Part shown: one piece after another, positions 63,401 to 64,000 of the stretch
Layout of the letters: the number at the start of each line of letters is the position of its first letter
How positions within the stretch are numbered: position 1 is the stretch's first letter
From: Psammoneis japonica
Lineage: Eukaryota
Direction of reading: 5' to 3'
DNA: 64,000 nt
NCBI GenBank assembly: GCA_008632985.1
Contig: QPGO01000029.1
Coordinates: 1-64,000, forward strand
The notes under the pieces: generated by a model
Databases searched by the model: none
The model's input: only the letters and a program-made list of their open reading frames with translations
What the model was told of the DNA's origin: nothing
Made by a program: the position numbers and the translations under genes

Positions 63401-64000
63401 CTGTCAGATTGGCTCCAGTCACAACTGGACCAACCCTTTGGCAAGGATGACATTTGTCAGTTGTTTGTGCATCTGAAGCTGTTTTTTGTCATGCACTGCT
63501 GCCCCTGTGGAAGTCTGGTTTTCTGCAGGATGTTGCTGGTGCAAAGAGCATTCTTCTCTCCAGGTTGTTGGTTGTGTTGCCACCTGGGATGACCTGTGCT
63601 GTGTGGTGTCAGATGCTTGGCACCCAAACAACCTCCTCCGGGAGTGCAGAGATGTTGACTTCAACACCCTGCAAGGACACCCTTTGGAGTGGGAGAAAAA
63701 AAGGGCCTCAATGGGGACCACATGATGCAAAAAACCACAGCAGCTCTTCTCCATTTTGATGGAGACATGGCATTGTGAGTGGGGTGGGTCAGGGGCCTGC
63801 ACATTGCTGTGCACTTCAAGGTCAACAAGATCATGTCGTTTTTGGAAGGCAAAGTTGATCTTGCTGTCATTTCAACTGTTGGGTGCATCTGCCAAAATGG
63901 TGTTCCGGCTTGTTGTGATGGACACAATGATGTGCAAGAAGAGAACTTCCAAGCTTGTCTTCAGCATGGAAACTGTCTCTCCATTGAGATTGGACCAGAG
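60476..64000 (-). pseudogene. Fossil long coding sequence of unknown function, broken mostly by TGA stops
   Basis: Same-frame ORFs 63045-63233, 62763-63026, 62526-62726 and 62229-62456 each end at TGA; no Tyr, excess His/Cys. Confidence 0.6.

Larger units (their letters stand above)
55280..64000. mobile_element. Large degenerate TE/repeat-derived block (continues beyond the window), heavily mutated at TA and CG
   Basis: Abrupt switch ~300-400 bp after the HAT stop to TG/CA-rich sequence nearly lacking TA; internal inverted and direct repeats; fossil ORFs; family not identifiable. Confidence 0.65.

Noticed and set aside
55348..63927. Dozens of overlapping Cys/His-rich ORFs as real small or zinc-binding proteins, or an alternative genetic code
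   Set aside because: They are by-products of TA loss (no TAA/TAG/Tyr codons) and TG/CA excess in all six frames; neighbouring genes use the standard code.
55400..64000. Classical fungal RIP as the cause of the skew
   Set aside because: RIP depletes CA/TG and enriches TA and AT content; the opposite is observed.

Overview
Gene-dense eukaryotic DNA, most likely a diatom draft assembly. Evidence: short GT-AG introns, a chlorophyll a/c light-harvesting gene with an ASAFAP-type plastid presequence, three N-gaps and many 1-nt indels that look like assembly errors. About 25 ordinary nuclear genes are present, including TAF7, a nitroreductase, a PPR protein, PLAC8, a PKDCC/POMK-like kinase, MATE, CIR1, MgtC, POP5, PRP22, a TPR protein, DUF2997, DnaJ, Aurora kinase, a dual-specificity phosphatase, an LHC and a CBP/p300 acetyltransferase. 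Three sharply bounded repeat/TE-like blocks (about 24.5-27.2 kb, 31.2-32.4 kb and 55.4-64 kb) interrupt them. In these blocks TpA is almost erased, CpG is usually depleted, and TpG/CpA dominate. Internal repeat copies differ mostly by swaps among TA/TG/CA/CG. A 280-bp tandem array loses all TA inward while keeping CG, and the surviving TAs are nearly all in TTA/TAA context. This points to a repeat-targeted TpA->TpG/CpA hypermutation process, opposite in direction to fungal RIP and separate from 5mCpG decay. It is the main candidate novel system. The mechanism is inferred, and all counts were made by eye.
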